Positions 1 to 7,987 of a stretch of DNA of 36,920 nucleotides are shown here, in pieces (the first letter of the stretch is position 1; each line of letters opens with the position of its first letter). Source of the DNA: a virus. Lineage: Duplodnaviria > Caudoviricetes. The notes below the pieces were generated by a model, which did not search any database, was not told where the DNA came from, and saw only the letters and a program-made list of their open reading frames with translations. Position numbers and translations under genes: made by a program. The DNA is taken from positions 1 through 36,920 of IMG/VR virus record IMGVR_UViG_3300010362_000530; one strand, written 5' to 3'.

Positions 1-1272
1 CGGCAGGTTGAGAGCCTCTGGAAGACCTGGGCGAATACCACTGCGTGCGACGTCACCGGGCGCATGACGTTTGCATCGCTGACGCAGCTCGTGTTTCGCG
101 CAACGTTGCAGAACGGCGAAGCGCTGGCGCTGCCTTTGTGGTTGGAGCGGGCCAGTACGCCGTTTCGCACCTGCCTGCAATTGGTGGACACCGACCGGAT
201 GAGCAACCCGGATTTTTTGCCGTCCTCGCTGACGCTGCGCGGCGGTATCGAGATGGACCTCTACGGCAAGCCGATCGCATATCACATCCAGAAGCAAATG
301 AACTGGCCGGGCCTCATGTTCTGGAATTACGGCGGCGGGCTTGGTCTGGGGCCAACGGAGTGGGAACGGATTCCCGCCGAGACGCCGTTCGGGCGCAAAC
401 GCGTGCTGCACATTTATCAGCAGGATCGGGTGGATCAGTCGCGTGGCAAGCCGCTGCTCGCCCCAGTGATCGAACAGTTTCGCATGCTCGACAGTTATCA
501 GCGGACGGAGCTGCAAAGCTCGATCGTCAACAGTCTGGTGGCCGGCGTCATCGAGACGCCGCTCGATCCGGCGGGCATCACCGAGCTGATGGGCGGTGAC
601 GCCAATAAGTATCTCGCGACCAAGGGGGAGTACCGCACGCAGCTCGAAGCCGGGTCGATGATCCCCTTATATCCCGGCGACAAACTCACCCCATTCACGC
701 CGGCGAGGCCTGCCCCACAGTTCAACAATTTCTGCGAGACCATCCTGCGGCAGATCGGCGCAGCCATGGGTCTGCCCTATGAACTCGTGCTCAAGGACTT
801 CAGTAAGACGAATTATTCGTCGGCGAGGGCCGCCCTGCTCGAAGCGTGGCGAGGATTCCTCTCGCGCCGGGCGTGGCTCGCGACTTACTGGGCTCAACCC
901 GTCTACCAGCTCTGGCTCGAAGAAGCGGTCGCCGCCGGCCTGATCGAGGCCGAGGACTTCTACGATCAGATGCCCTACTACCTGACGGCCAAGTGGATCG
1001 GGCCGGGCCGCGGCTGGATCGATCCCGTAAAGGAAGCCGAAGCCGCTCAGATCCGAATGGATTCGATGATCTCGACTCTCGAAGCCGAGTGCGCCGAGCA
1101 AGGGCTCGACTGGAACGAGGTGCTCGACCAGCGTGCGCTTGAGATGCAGCGCATGAAGCAATTGGACCTCGTGCCGCCGCTGACGCCCGCGCCGCCCAAG
1201 GGCGAGAAGGTCGAGCCCGACACTCAGGAAGAGCCGGCCCCGCAGCAGTCGCCGGCAAAGGAGGCCGCATAA
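1..1272 (+). CDS. Phage portal protein, lambda gpB family (5' truncated by the window edge)
   Basis: Frame is open from base 1 (RQVESLWKTWA...). Motifs QSRGKP, DFSKTNYSSARAALLE, WIGPGRGWIDPVKEAEA and CAEQGLDW are typical of lambda-family portals. Confidence 0.95.
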   Translation, partial: RQVESLWKTWANTTACDVTGRMTFASLTQLVFRATLQNGEALALPLWLERASTPFRTCLQLVDTDRMSNPDFLPSSLTLRGGIEMDLYGKPIAYHIQKQMNWPGLMFWNYGGGLGLGPTEWERIPAETPFGRKRVLHIYQQDRVDQSRGKPLLAPVIEQFRMLDSYQRTELQSSIVNSLVAGVIETPLDPAGITELMGGDANKYLATKGEYRTQLEAGSMIPLYPGDKLTPFTPARPAPQFNNFCETILRQIGAAMGLPYELVLKDFSKTNYSSARAALLEAWRGFLSRRAWLATYWAQPVYQLWLEEAVAAGLIEAEDFYDQMPYYLTAKWIGPGRGWIDPVKEAEAAQIRMDSMISTLEAECAEQGLDWNEVLDQRALEMQRMKQLDLVPPLTPAPPKGEKVEPDTQEEPAPQQSPAKEAA

Positions 1273-1273
1273 G

Positions 1274-2587
1274 ATGCCCCGATCGTCGCTGGTACGCGTG
1301 CTCAACGAAATCCACGGGCGCCCGTGGGCCATCACCGCCGAGGAGCTGGAGAACATTGCGGCCATCGTGGACCGGGCCGTGAACCGCGAGCAGGAACTCG
1401 AATCTGTTGCCGCGAAGCTGGGCAGGCCGCTCGAAAATTCCGGCAACGGGAGCGAGGTCCGCAACGGTGTCGCCATTCTGGGAATCGATGGTCCGATTTA
1501 CCGCTACGCCAATTTGTTCACGTTCATCAGCGGCGCGACATCGGTCGAAACGCTGGCGCTCGACTTCCAGCGTGCGCTCGAAAACAGCGCCGTCGATCAG
1601 GTTCTGTTCGTTGTGAATTCGCCCGGCGGGCAGGTGGACGGCATCCAGGAATTCGCCGACATGATCCGCATGGGCTCGCGCATCAAGCCCGTCACTGCTT
1701 ATGTGGACGGCCTCGCTGCATCCGCGGCTTACTGGCTCGCCGCCGCGGCGCAGACGATCGCGACCGCAGAGACCGGCATGCTGGGTTCGGTCGGCGTCGT
1801 GGCCTCCATCCTGGATAACCGCGGGCAGCAAGAGCGCCAGGGCGTGAGGCGCCACGAGATCGTCAGCTCCAACGCCCCGAACAAACGACCCGACCCGGCC
1901 ACCGACGCCGGTCGTGCGCAGATCCAGGAACTGGTCGATTCGCTCGAAGCGGTCATGATCCAGCGCATCGCTGCGTTCCGCGGAACGACGCCCGAAGCCG
2001 TCGCCCGGGATTTCGGACGAGGCAAGACCCTGATCGCCAGTCAGGCCATCGCCGCCGGCATGGCGGATGAGATCACGACATACGAGCCGCTGGTGGCGCG
2101 ACTGGCGGCGGGATATACGCCTCGCGCCTTGTTTTCAATTTCCTCAAAGGAGTCAACCATGGAAGATCCCAAACCGACGCCTCCGGCGGCCCCGGCTCCG
2201 GCGGCTCCTGCTGCGCCTGCACCTGCGCCGGCAGCAACGACCGCAACAACGGCAACAGCCGCAATCACCGCCAGTACGTTTGGCGCGGAGCGGCAACGCA
2301 TCTCTGCAATCCTCTCGCTGCCCGAGGCCAAGGGCCGCGATAGTCTGGCCCGCACACTGGCGCTCGACACCGACGCGAGCGTGGAAGTCGCGAGGAACAT
2401 TCTCTCGGCGGCGCCCGGCGGCGCGACCGATGCGCCTCCACCGAAAGAGAACCCTCTGGCCGCGGCCATGAGCCAACTCCCTAACCCCAAGGTTGGAACC
2501 GGCAACCCCGCCGAAGACGACTCGCCGGAGGCCGAAGCACGACGTGTGCTGGCGTTCGTTCCCAAGGACCGGAAGCTCGCCGGCTGA
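1274..2587 (+). CDS. S49 (SppA/ClpP-like) head maturation protease, lambda gpC-like, with C-terminal scaffold region
   Basis: Motifs VNSPGG, AASAAYWLA and GSVGV, located between portal and decoration genes. Confidence 0.93.
   Translation: MPRSSLVRVLNEIHGRPWAITAEELENIAAIVDRAVNREQELESVAAKLGRPLENSGNGSEVRNGVAILGIDGPIYRYANLFTFISGATSVETLALDFQRALENSAVDQVLFVVNSPGGQVDGIQEFADMIRMGSRIKPVTAYVDGLAASAAYWLAAAAQTIATAETGMLGSVGVVASILDNRGQQERQGVRRHEIVSSNAPNKRPDPATDAGRAQIQELVDSLEAVMIQRIAAFRGTTPEAVARDFGRGKTLIASQAIAAGMADEITTYEPLVARLAAGYTPRALFSISSKESTMEDPKPTPPAAPAPAAPAAPAPAPAATTATTATAAITASTFGAERQRISAILSLPEAKGRDSLARTLALDTDASVEVARNILSAAPGGATDAPPPKENPLAAAMSQLPNPKVGTGNPAEDDSPEAEARRVLAFVPKDRKLAG
2159..2587 (+). CDS. 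Nested in-frame capsid scaffolding protein (lambda Nu3-like), 142 aa
   Basis: AAGGAG at 2147-2152 in an AT-rich patch, 6 nt before an in-frame ATG at 2159. The product carries ERQRISAILSLPEAKGR, a Nu3-like segment. Confidence 0.75.
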   Translation: MEDPKPTPPAAPAPAAPAAPAPAPAATTATTATAAITASTFGAERQRISAILSLPEAKGRDSLARTLALDTDASVEVARNILSAAPGGATDAPPPKENPLAAAMSQLPNPKVGTGNPAEDDSPEAEARRVLAFVPKDRKLAG

Positions 2588-2621
2588 ACTCAAACTTTCA
2601 AACGAAAAGGAGTAATACCGA

Positions 2622-3293
2622 ATGGCAACTTATCAACCTGTGGCGAGAGCCAGCTTTTCCATGAGCGGAATCTTCAATCCGCTGCCATTGCTCACTGACG
2701 GCGATGATGTCGTATCGCGAACCGGCACAATCGCCTCCGGTATCGGTGTGGTGAATCGCGGAACCATCGTGAAATACGATCCCGCGACCGGAGCCATCAC
2801 TCTGCCGGCGGCTGCAGCCGATTGCAACGCCATCATGGCCGAAAGCGCGGACGCCACCAGCGCTACTGTCGCGGCCCTCGTCATCGTCTCTGGCAAGGTC
2901 TCAGCCGCCGCCCTCATCTGGCCCGCCGCTCTCGGTCATGGCGTGGTCACCGATGCGCTGCGTGATTTCTCCATCCTGGTAGAGTCTGTCGTGTACACCG
3001 ATGGCACGCTGATTAAATCCGCTCCGACGCCGGAAGAGGAAGCCGCAGCCAAAGCCAAGCTCGATGCGGCTCGCGCAGCCGCGAAAGCCGCCGCCGACGC
3101 TGCTGCCGCCGCGCCTCCTGCGACTCCTCCTGCCGATCAGCCGAAGCCCAGTGATAGCCCGTGGGCTTACATGACGGCGGAAGAACGGCAGAACGATCCG
3201 CAGCTCGCCGAAGCTGCGCTTGCGGAACCGACAACCCCGCCCGCAGCGCCGGCAACGCCGCCGCCGACTACACCGCCGCCGACTACGCCGTAA
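2622..3293 (+). CDS. Head decoration protein (lambda gpD-like) with Ala/Pro-rich C-terminal extension
   Basis: Located between protease and capsid with an AAGGAG RBS. N-terminal ~125 aa are gpD-like (AALIWP, ALR..I) and are followed by a ~90-aa low-complexity tail. Confidence 0.8.
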   Translation: MATYQPVARASFSMSGIFNPLPLLTDGDDVVSRTGTIASGIGVVNRGTIVKYDPATGAITLPAAAADCNAIMAESADATSATVAALVIVSGKVSAAALIWPAALGHGVVTDALRDFSILVESVVYTDGTLIKSAPTPEEEAAAKAKLDAARAAAKAAADAAAAAPPATPPADQPKPSDSPWAYMTAEERQNDPQLAEAALAEPTTPPAAPATPPPTTPPPTTP

Positions 3294-3308
3294 CCGAGCT
3301 TTTGAAGC

Positions 3309-3345
3309 GCTGCCCGGCGGGATGGGGCGACAACCGCCGGGCAGC
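3309..3345 (+). promoter_or_regulatory. Strong stem-loop upstream of the capsid gene
   Basis: GCTGCCCGGCGG (3309-3320) and CCGCCGGGCAGC (3334-3345) form a perfect 12-bp inverted repeat. No U-tract follows. Confidence 0.65.
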
Positions 3346-3385
3346 AAAACAATCAACGCTGGCTAACCCTGCCTGAGGAGGAAAA

Positions 3386-4408
3386 GTGGCAGATCTTTTT
3401 TCAACCGATGTCCTGACGCGAATTGTCGCTTCGCTGCTGGGCAATCCGCAATGGATGCTCGACCGTTATTTCGGCGCAGTTCAAACCGAGACCAGCGAGG
3501 AGATTCATTTCGATGTCATGGACGGCAGACGGCGCATCACGCCGTTTGTCAGTCCTCTCGTGGAAGGCCAGATCGTCGCCAGCCTGGGCTTTAAGACCGC
3601 TACGTTGAAACCCCCCTATGCGAAGGACAAAAGGGTTTTCGATATGAACAGGCCGCTGAAGAGAATCGCGGGCGAACAAATTGGCGGCACGATGGCGCCG
3701 GGCGACCGGCTGCGAGCGATGATAGCGCGGGATCTCCAGGACCAGCTCGACATGCTGCGCCGGCGGCTGGAAGTGATGGCCGCCGAAGTCATGGTCACCG
3801 GGAAGCTGACCATCACCGGCGACAAATATCCAACGGTCAACCTGGATTTCGGGCGGGCCGCGGGCAATACCATCGTGGCGACCAAGCTCTGGTCCGACCC
3901 GAGCGCCATGCCGCTCGATGATCTCCAGGACTGGGCGCAGATCGTCCTGCAGGCGACCGGCGTTCAGGTGACGGACGTGGTGATGGGCGTGGACGTCTGG
4001 AAGATTTTCCGCAATCACGCGAACGTCAAAGACCGGCTCGCCCTGCAACGTGTCTATCAGCAGTTCCCGACGATGACGCAGAACGCCCAGATCCAGGAGG
4101 GCGGCGTCTTTCAAGGCAACGTCGATTCGTTCAACATTTTTGTGTACGCCGGCTGGTATGTGGATCCCGCCGACGGCGTCGAGAAACCCATTTTCCCGGC
4201 GCAGACCTGCGTCCTGACGACGCCCGGGATCGAGGGCGCCCAGGCCTACGGCGCGATACGCGATGAGCAGGCCGGCCTGCAGGCGCTGCCGTATTTCTCG
4301 AAGAGCTGGCTCGAAGAGGATCCGAGCGTGCGCTTCCTGCTTTTGCAGAGTGCGCCGCTGGTATTCCCCTATCGACCGAACGCGAGCTTCAAAGCCAAGG
4401 TGCTTTGA
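3386..4408 (+). CDS. Major capsid protein, lambda gpE family
   Basis: GTG start after GAGGAGG. Motifs EEIHFD, PFVSPLVEG, KSWLEEDPS and QSAPL. 340 aa. Confidence 0.95.
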   Translation: MADLFSTDVLTRIVASLLGNPQWMLDRYFGAVQTETSEEIHFDVMDGRRRITPFVSPLVEGQIVASLGFKTATLKPPYAKDKRVFDMNRPLKRIAGEQIGGTMAPGDRLRAMIARDLQDQLDMLRRRLEVMAAEVMVTGKLTITGDKYPTVNLDFGRAAGNTIVATKLWSDPSAMPLDDLQDWAQIVLQATGVQVTDVVMGVDVWKIFRNHANVKDRLALQRVYQQFPTMTQNAQIQEGGVFQGNVDSFNIFVYAGWYVDPADGVEKPIFPAQTCVLTTPGIEGAQAYGAIRDEQAGLQALPYFSKSWLEEDPSVRFLLLQSAPLVFPYRPNASFKAKVL

Positions 4409-4845
4409 TGAACCCGTTCCGACTTTCGCCCGCCCCGCAGGGTGGCGTGGTGGATCCCCGCTCGTTCGCGGTTTCTGGCGGCTCGCCACATGCTGGAAAC
4501 CGCGCCGCGGGTGAACCATTCGGCGACATCTTTGTAGCGCGGCATGTTGACCTGCTCTGGAACGCCCTGCTGAACGAGTGGGCTCGCACGGTGGATTACT
4601 GGCCGCAGGGTGATTCAGCCGGCGCGGTTCCGCTCGTCCTGCTCTGGAAAGAGGGCGTCGAAGGCGAGGAGTTCTCGCCGGGCCGTTATTCGCACGCCTA
4701 TGTCCGCAATGCGGATTTGCCCAGCGATCCGGCCTTGCGTGACGCCCTGATGGCGGACGGAGTGATCTATGACGTGGTGCGAGTAGACGCCTTCATGTAC
4801 TTCTACTCGTCGCTCGTCCTGCAAAACCGCGAGGAGGATTTCTGA
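4408..4845 (+). CDS. Putative head-tail joining/closure protein
   Basis: ATG overlaps the capsid stop (TGATG). Position and a beta-rich C-terminus (DGVIYDVVRV) recall gpFII-like proteins. Confidence 0.55.
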   Translation: MNPFRLSPAPQGGVVDPRSFAVSGGSPHAGNRAAGEPFGDIFVARHVDLLWNALLNEWARTVDYWPQGDSAGAVPLVLLWKEGVEGEEFSPGRYSHAYVRNADLPSDPALRDALMADGVIYDVVRVDAFMYFYSSLVLQNREEDF

Positions 4846-5285
4846 TGCCGGTCCAGGTCAAGGTAAAAAGCGCTGGCCGCATTCGGGCGCCGCGGCTGGA
4901 CTACGGAAAGTTGACGTTCATCGGCAGGTCGATGATCGAGGCGCAGCTTGATCGCTGGGCGCGAGGCGTCAACGCTAATGGTCAGACGGCCAAGCCGCTC
5001 TCGGTCAGGTACGCCATCATCAAACAGCGAGCCCTGCGCAAGCGGCCAATCCGCGACATGCAAATGACCGGCCAACTGATCGCCAACTTTGGCTTGCGCA
5101 AGGCGATCAACAACGAGATCCGCGTCGAGAACAGCACAAAGCTCAACCGGCAGAAAGCGCAGCGTGCGCAGAACTACGAGGAGATGATCGGCTTCGCCGG
5201 CAGCGATCAGACGGCCCTCTATAAGTCGGCGCTCGACCAATACGGTGTGTTCCTCAAGGAGGCCTGGGTTCCCCTGAACTTCTGA
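4845..5285 (+). CDS. Putative neck/tail-completion (virion morphogenesis) protein
   Basis: Basic 146-aa ORF, translationally coupled, with KPLS..YA..K and TGQL motifs like virion-morphogenesis proteins. Confidence 0.55.
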   Translation: MPVQVKVKSAGRIRAPRLDYGKLTFIGRSMIEAQLDRWARGVNANGQTAKPLSVRYAIIKQRALRKRPIRDMQMTGQLIANFGLRKAINNEIRVENSTKLNRQKAQRAQNYEEMIGFAGSDQTALYKSALDQYGVFLKEAWVPLNF

Positions 5286-5746
5286 TGGTTGACCTAGTGG
5301 ACCTGACCAACGCGTTTGTCGATACGCTCCAGCGAATACCCGAGCTGGTGGCGGATCTCGCCGACGCTTCGCCGGCGTCGGTCGTGGCCTACCTCGATGA
5401 GAACCCGAGGAGGCTCACCACCTCCGGCGCAATTTATCAGCAGAAGCCCGGCACGGTCCTGGTGGTATGGCGCGAGATGCTCTTCAACGAGAGCGACGAA
5501 ATGAGCATGTACCAGCACATGGTGGAGTTTTATGCTCGCGCCAAGGTAGGCGGATCAGTCCTGAAGCTGGCGACCGAGATCGTGAACGGGACTCCCGTAC
5601 CGGGCGACGGGCAGCGCTGGAAGCTTTGCGGAGTGATGCCCGGCGTCCTCCCGAGCGACATTCTCGATGTAGTCCGCGAGACCGATTCCGAGGGGATCGA
5701 CTACATCAAAATCATCACCCGCACCAACGAAATAGGAGACGCATAA
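5285..5746 (+). CDS. Putative tail terminator
   Basis: Acidic 153-aa ORF directly before the tail tube gene. Call rests on synteny. Confidence 0.5.
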   Translation: MVDLVDLTNAFVDTLQRIPELVADLADASPASVVAYLDENPRRLTTSGAIYQQKPGTVLVVWREMLFNESDEMSMYQHMVEFYARAKVGGSVLKLATEIVNGTPVPGDGQRWKLCGVMPGVLPSDILDVVRETDSEGIDYIKIITRTNEIGDA

Positions 5747-5752
5747 ATAACC

Positions 5753-6850
5753 ATGGCCGCACCTCCCGACGTCACTCCCCAGGCTGGGCCGACATCCTGC
5801 CCGGCCAATGTTCGCGAAACGAAGATCGCATTCGGCTACAAGCCACAGGCCGACTTAGCGACGGAGAATGTCATTGCTGAAGTCTGGAGCCTGACCAAGA
5901 CCAATACCGCTCTCATGACCGTGGCGCCAGTGAATGAAGACGACGCCAACGACATAGGCAAAGGCGACGAGTTCCCGACGCAAACCTTCCCGACCAATAT
6001 CGACACCGCGGTCACTATCGAGAAATACTGCTCCAGTGAGTTCCTCGCGTGGTTGTTCTGCTTCACGACTGGGAAGGCGACTAAGTCTGGCGCGGCAGGT
6101 ACGGGATTCACTTACGCCGCGGTTCCCAGCGATCCAGTGGTCAACTGCATCAACCTGCCGCCGTTCACCTTCGCCGAGCAGATCCGCACACCGCCCGATT
6201 CGGTGATCGATCGCGCCGGCATCGGATTTGTGGTCAACGATTGGACCTTGACGATGGAGAGCGGTCCAGGCCGCGCCAACTGCCGCGTCTCGGTCAATTG
6301 CGTCGGCACAGGCAAGCTCGCCACGCCATCGGGGCTGACGCCCTGGCCGCCGGTCGAAGCCGAGCACTTTCTGAACGCAGCCGGCGCGACCATCAACGTT
6401 ATCGGCATCGATTACGTTCTGGCCGCGAGTTTCATTTCAGCCGAGTTCCGCTGGAACAATAACGTCCGTCTGCCTTCTGGGCTCTACCCCGGCTCAGGAA
6501 CGCAGAACGGCTACGCCATTCGCGGGCGCATGGAATATGGCAATCGCGAATGCACCCTGACCTTTGTGGCGAGAGCCGCCAAAGGTTCGCCCGAGTATCT
6601 CGCCCTCATCGCCTCGCCGCAGACCGAGGGGCCGGCCACGATTGCCGTGAACGGCGCCACAATTGGCGCAGGCCCGGGCAAACACAACTTTTCGATCGCC
6701 AGCACTCGTGCGGTTTTCTCCGCTGTCGTCAACGGGGACAGCGATGGCATTGTCACCGTCAATTGCACGGTGCGATTCCTGAAGCCGACGACCGGGCCTT
6801 ACATTACCTTGTCGGCGACCACCACCAAGGACGCCATCCTGGCGCTTTGA
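5753..6850 (+). CDS. Major tail tube protein
   Basis: 365-aa Thr/Gly-rich beta protein with AGGAG RBS, upstream of chaperone and tape measure genes. Confidence 0.8.
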   Translation: MAAPPDVTPQAGPTSCPANVRETKIAFGYKPQADLATENVIAEVWSLTKTNTALMTVAPVNEDDANDIGKGDEFPTQTFPTNIDTAVTIEKYCSSEFLAWLFCFTTGKATKSGAAGTGFTYAAVPSDPVVNCINLPPFTFAEQIRTPPDSVIDRAGIGFVVNDWTLTMESGPGRANCRVSVNCVGTGKLATPSGLTPWPPVEAEHFLNAAGATINVIGIDYVLAASFISAEFRWNNNVRLPSGLYPGSGTQNGYAIRGRMEYGNRECTLTFVARAAKGSPEYLALIASPQTEGPATIAVNGATIGAGPGKHNFSIASTRAVFSAVVNGDSDGIVTVNCTVRFLKPTTGPYITLSATTTKDAILAL

Positions 6851-6863
6851 CAGGAGGAGTGAC

Positions 6864-7019
6864 ATGGAGAACCTGAGTTGGATTGCTCTGCTGGTCGCGT
6901 TGATCGCATTCGGTATTTCGGCAATTGACGTCCGAAACCCGCCGTCGCGGCCAAACTGGATGGGCGTGGGTCTGGTGTTTTTGGCCTTCGCTCTTTTGCT
7001 CGCAAGAAAAGGAGCGTGA
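6864..7019 (+). CDS. 51-aa two-TM membrane protein (holin candidate), absent from the ORF track
   Basis: AGGAGGAG RBS. Translates as MENLSWIALLVALIAFGISAIDVRNPPSRPNWMGVGLVFLAFALLLARKGA. The stop abuts the next ATG at 7020. Confidence 0.75.
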   Translation: MENLSWIALLVALIAFGISAIDVRNPPSRPNWMGVGLVFLAFALLLARKGA

Positions 7020-7631
7020 ATGTTCGATTCGAAAGCCGAAATTTCATTTCCGGCTCGCGTGGCTGCCACCGGCGGCGAGCAGCAAGAACTCGTCCTGCGC
7101 TGGCCTACCGACGAGGAATGGATCGCACGGGCCAAGGCGCGAAAGATCACCATCCGCAAGCTGGGCCGCGGCGTCAGCGAAACCATCCCGCCGGCTCCGT
7201 CGGAAGCCGATGCGGCGCTCTATCGTGCAATCGCGGTTAACGGCGCACCAGAGATGACTCCGGCAGAGGCCGTGAAGCTCTTCGAGATGATCGGCGTCTG
7301 TGACGTCACCGACGTGCGCCTCGACGGAACCGGGGCGTTCGTCTCGATGATGATTCTCACCGGGCCGGTCGAGCACCAGCTCAAGATTCCGAGCGCCGAT
7401 CAGGTCATCACGTTCCGACGGTCGGCGTACAAGCTACTCGACCTGCCCTTCAATCAGCAGCAGCTTACGCTGACGCCCGAAGCCGGCGCCCGCCTGTATG
7501 ACCAGTGCAGCGGCAAAAGCGCCTCCTACGCCAACGGAATTCCCGCAACGCACAAGGACGCTGCTGTGCGTGCGGTCATTGAGTACGTCGATAACAACCT
7601 GGGGCCGCGGCGAGATGACGCAAATTTTTAG
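7020..7631 (+). CDS. Tail assembly chaperone (gpG-like)
   Basis: Located between tube and tape measure genes. Ends in the slippery A AAT TTT TAG. Confidence 0.8.
   Translation: MFDSKAEISFPARVAATGGEQQELVLRWPTDEEWIARAKARKITIRKLGRGVSETIPPAPSEADAALYRAIAVNGAPEMTPAEAVKLFEMIGVCDVTDVRLDGTGAFVSMMILTGPVEHQLKIPSADQVITFRRSAYKLLDLPFNQQQLTLTPEAGARLYDQCSGKSASYANGIPATHKDAAVRAVIEYVDNNLGPRRDDANF
7622..7628 (+). promoter_or_regulatory. -1 programmed ribosomal frameshift heptamer AAATTTT
   Basis: X XXY YYZ pattern in the correct phase just before the stop. The -1 frame is open from here to 7987. Confidence 0.85.
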
Positions 7632-7987
7632 TCGGCGGGGACTGGCCGGAGGATCCTTCAGCGGCTTTTATCTTCCACCGGCTGCTGCGGCTCAAGGATC
7701 TCTGCCCGGATCCGCCGAACTGCCCGGAAGTCCTGATGCAGGAACCGGACGCAGGGCCAGACGCCTTGCCTTGCGAGGGATGCCCGGCGCAGCGCCTGAA
7801 CGAATATTTGGCGTCTCCACAAGGCCAACTCATCTCAGCGGTGCTGGACCTGGACTTCGCGCTCCAGGTTCGGATACAAGTGGGGCTGGATCAAATCCCG
7901 TACCCAATGTTTCTCCTACTACGCCTGCTGGCTGATCAGCGGGCGAAGCATCAAGAAGAGCAGCTCGCGAAGTCGAGGAAGCGCTGA
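7628..7987 (+). CDS. gpT-like frameshift extension of the tail chaperone (G-T fusion about 322 aa)
   Basis: The -1 frame reads LVGGDWPEDPSAAFIFHRLLRLKDLCPDPPNCPEVLMQ...KSRKR*, and its stop abuts the tape measure ATG. Confidence 0.8.
   Translation, partial: LVGGDWPEDPSAAFIFHRLLRLKDLCPDPPNCPEVLMQEPDAGPDALPCEGCPAQRLNEYLASPQGQLISAVLDLDFALQVRIQVGLDQIPYPMFLLLRLLADQRAKHQEEQLAKSRKR

Noticed and set aside
1255-1276. Many proteins ending in -AA (portal, YqaJ, lysozyme, 33939 ORF) as a global degron system
   Set aside because: Mostly explained by the GGAGG-CCGC SD/spacer of the next gene encoding E-A-A. The recombinase end lacks this GGAGG, so only that case is kept, with caution.
7498-7935. 145-aa ORF as the gpT extension
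   Set aside because: It lies in the +1 frame relative to the chaperone and looks non-coding. The -1 frame fits the slippery site and abuts the tape measure.
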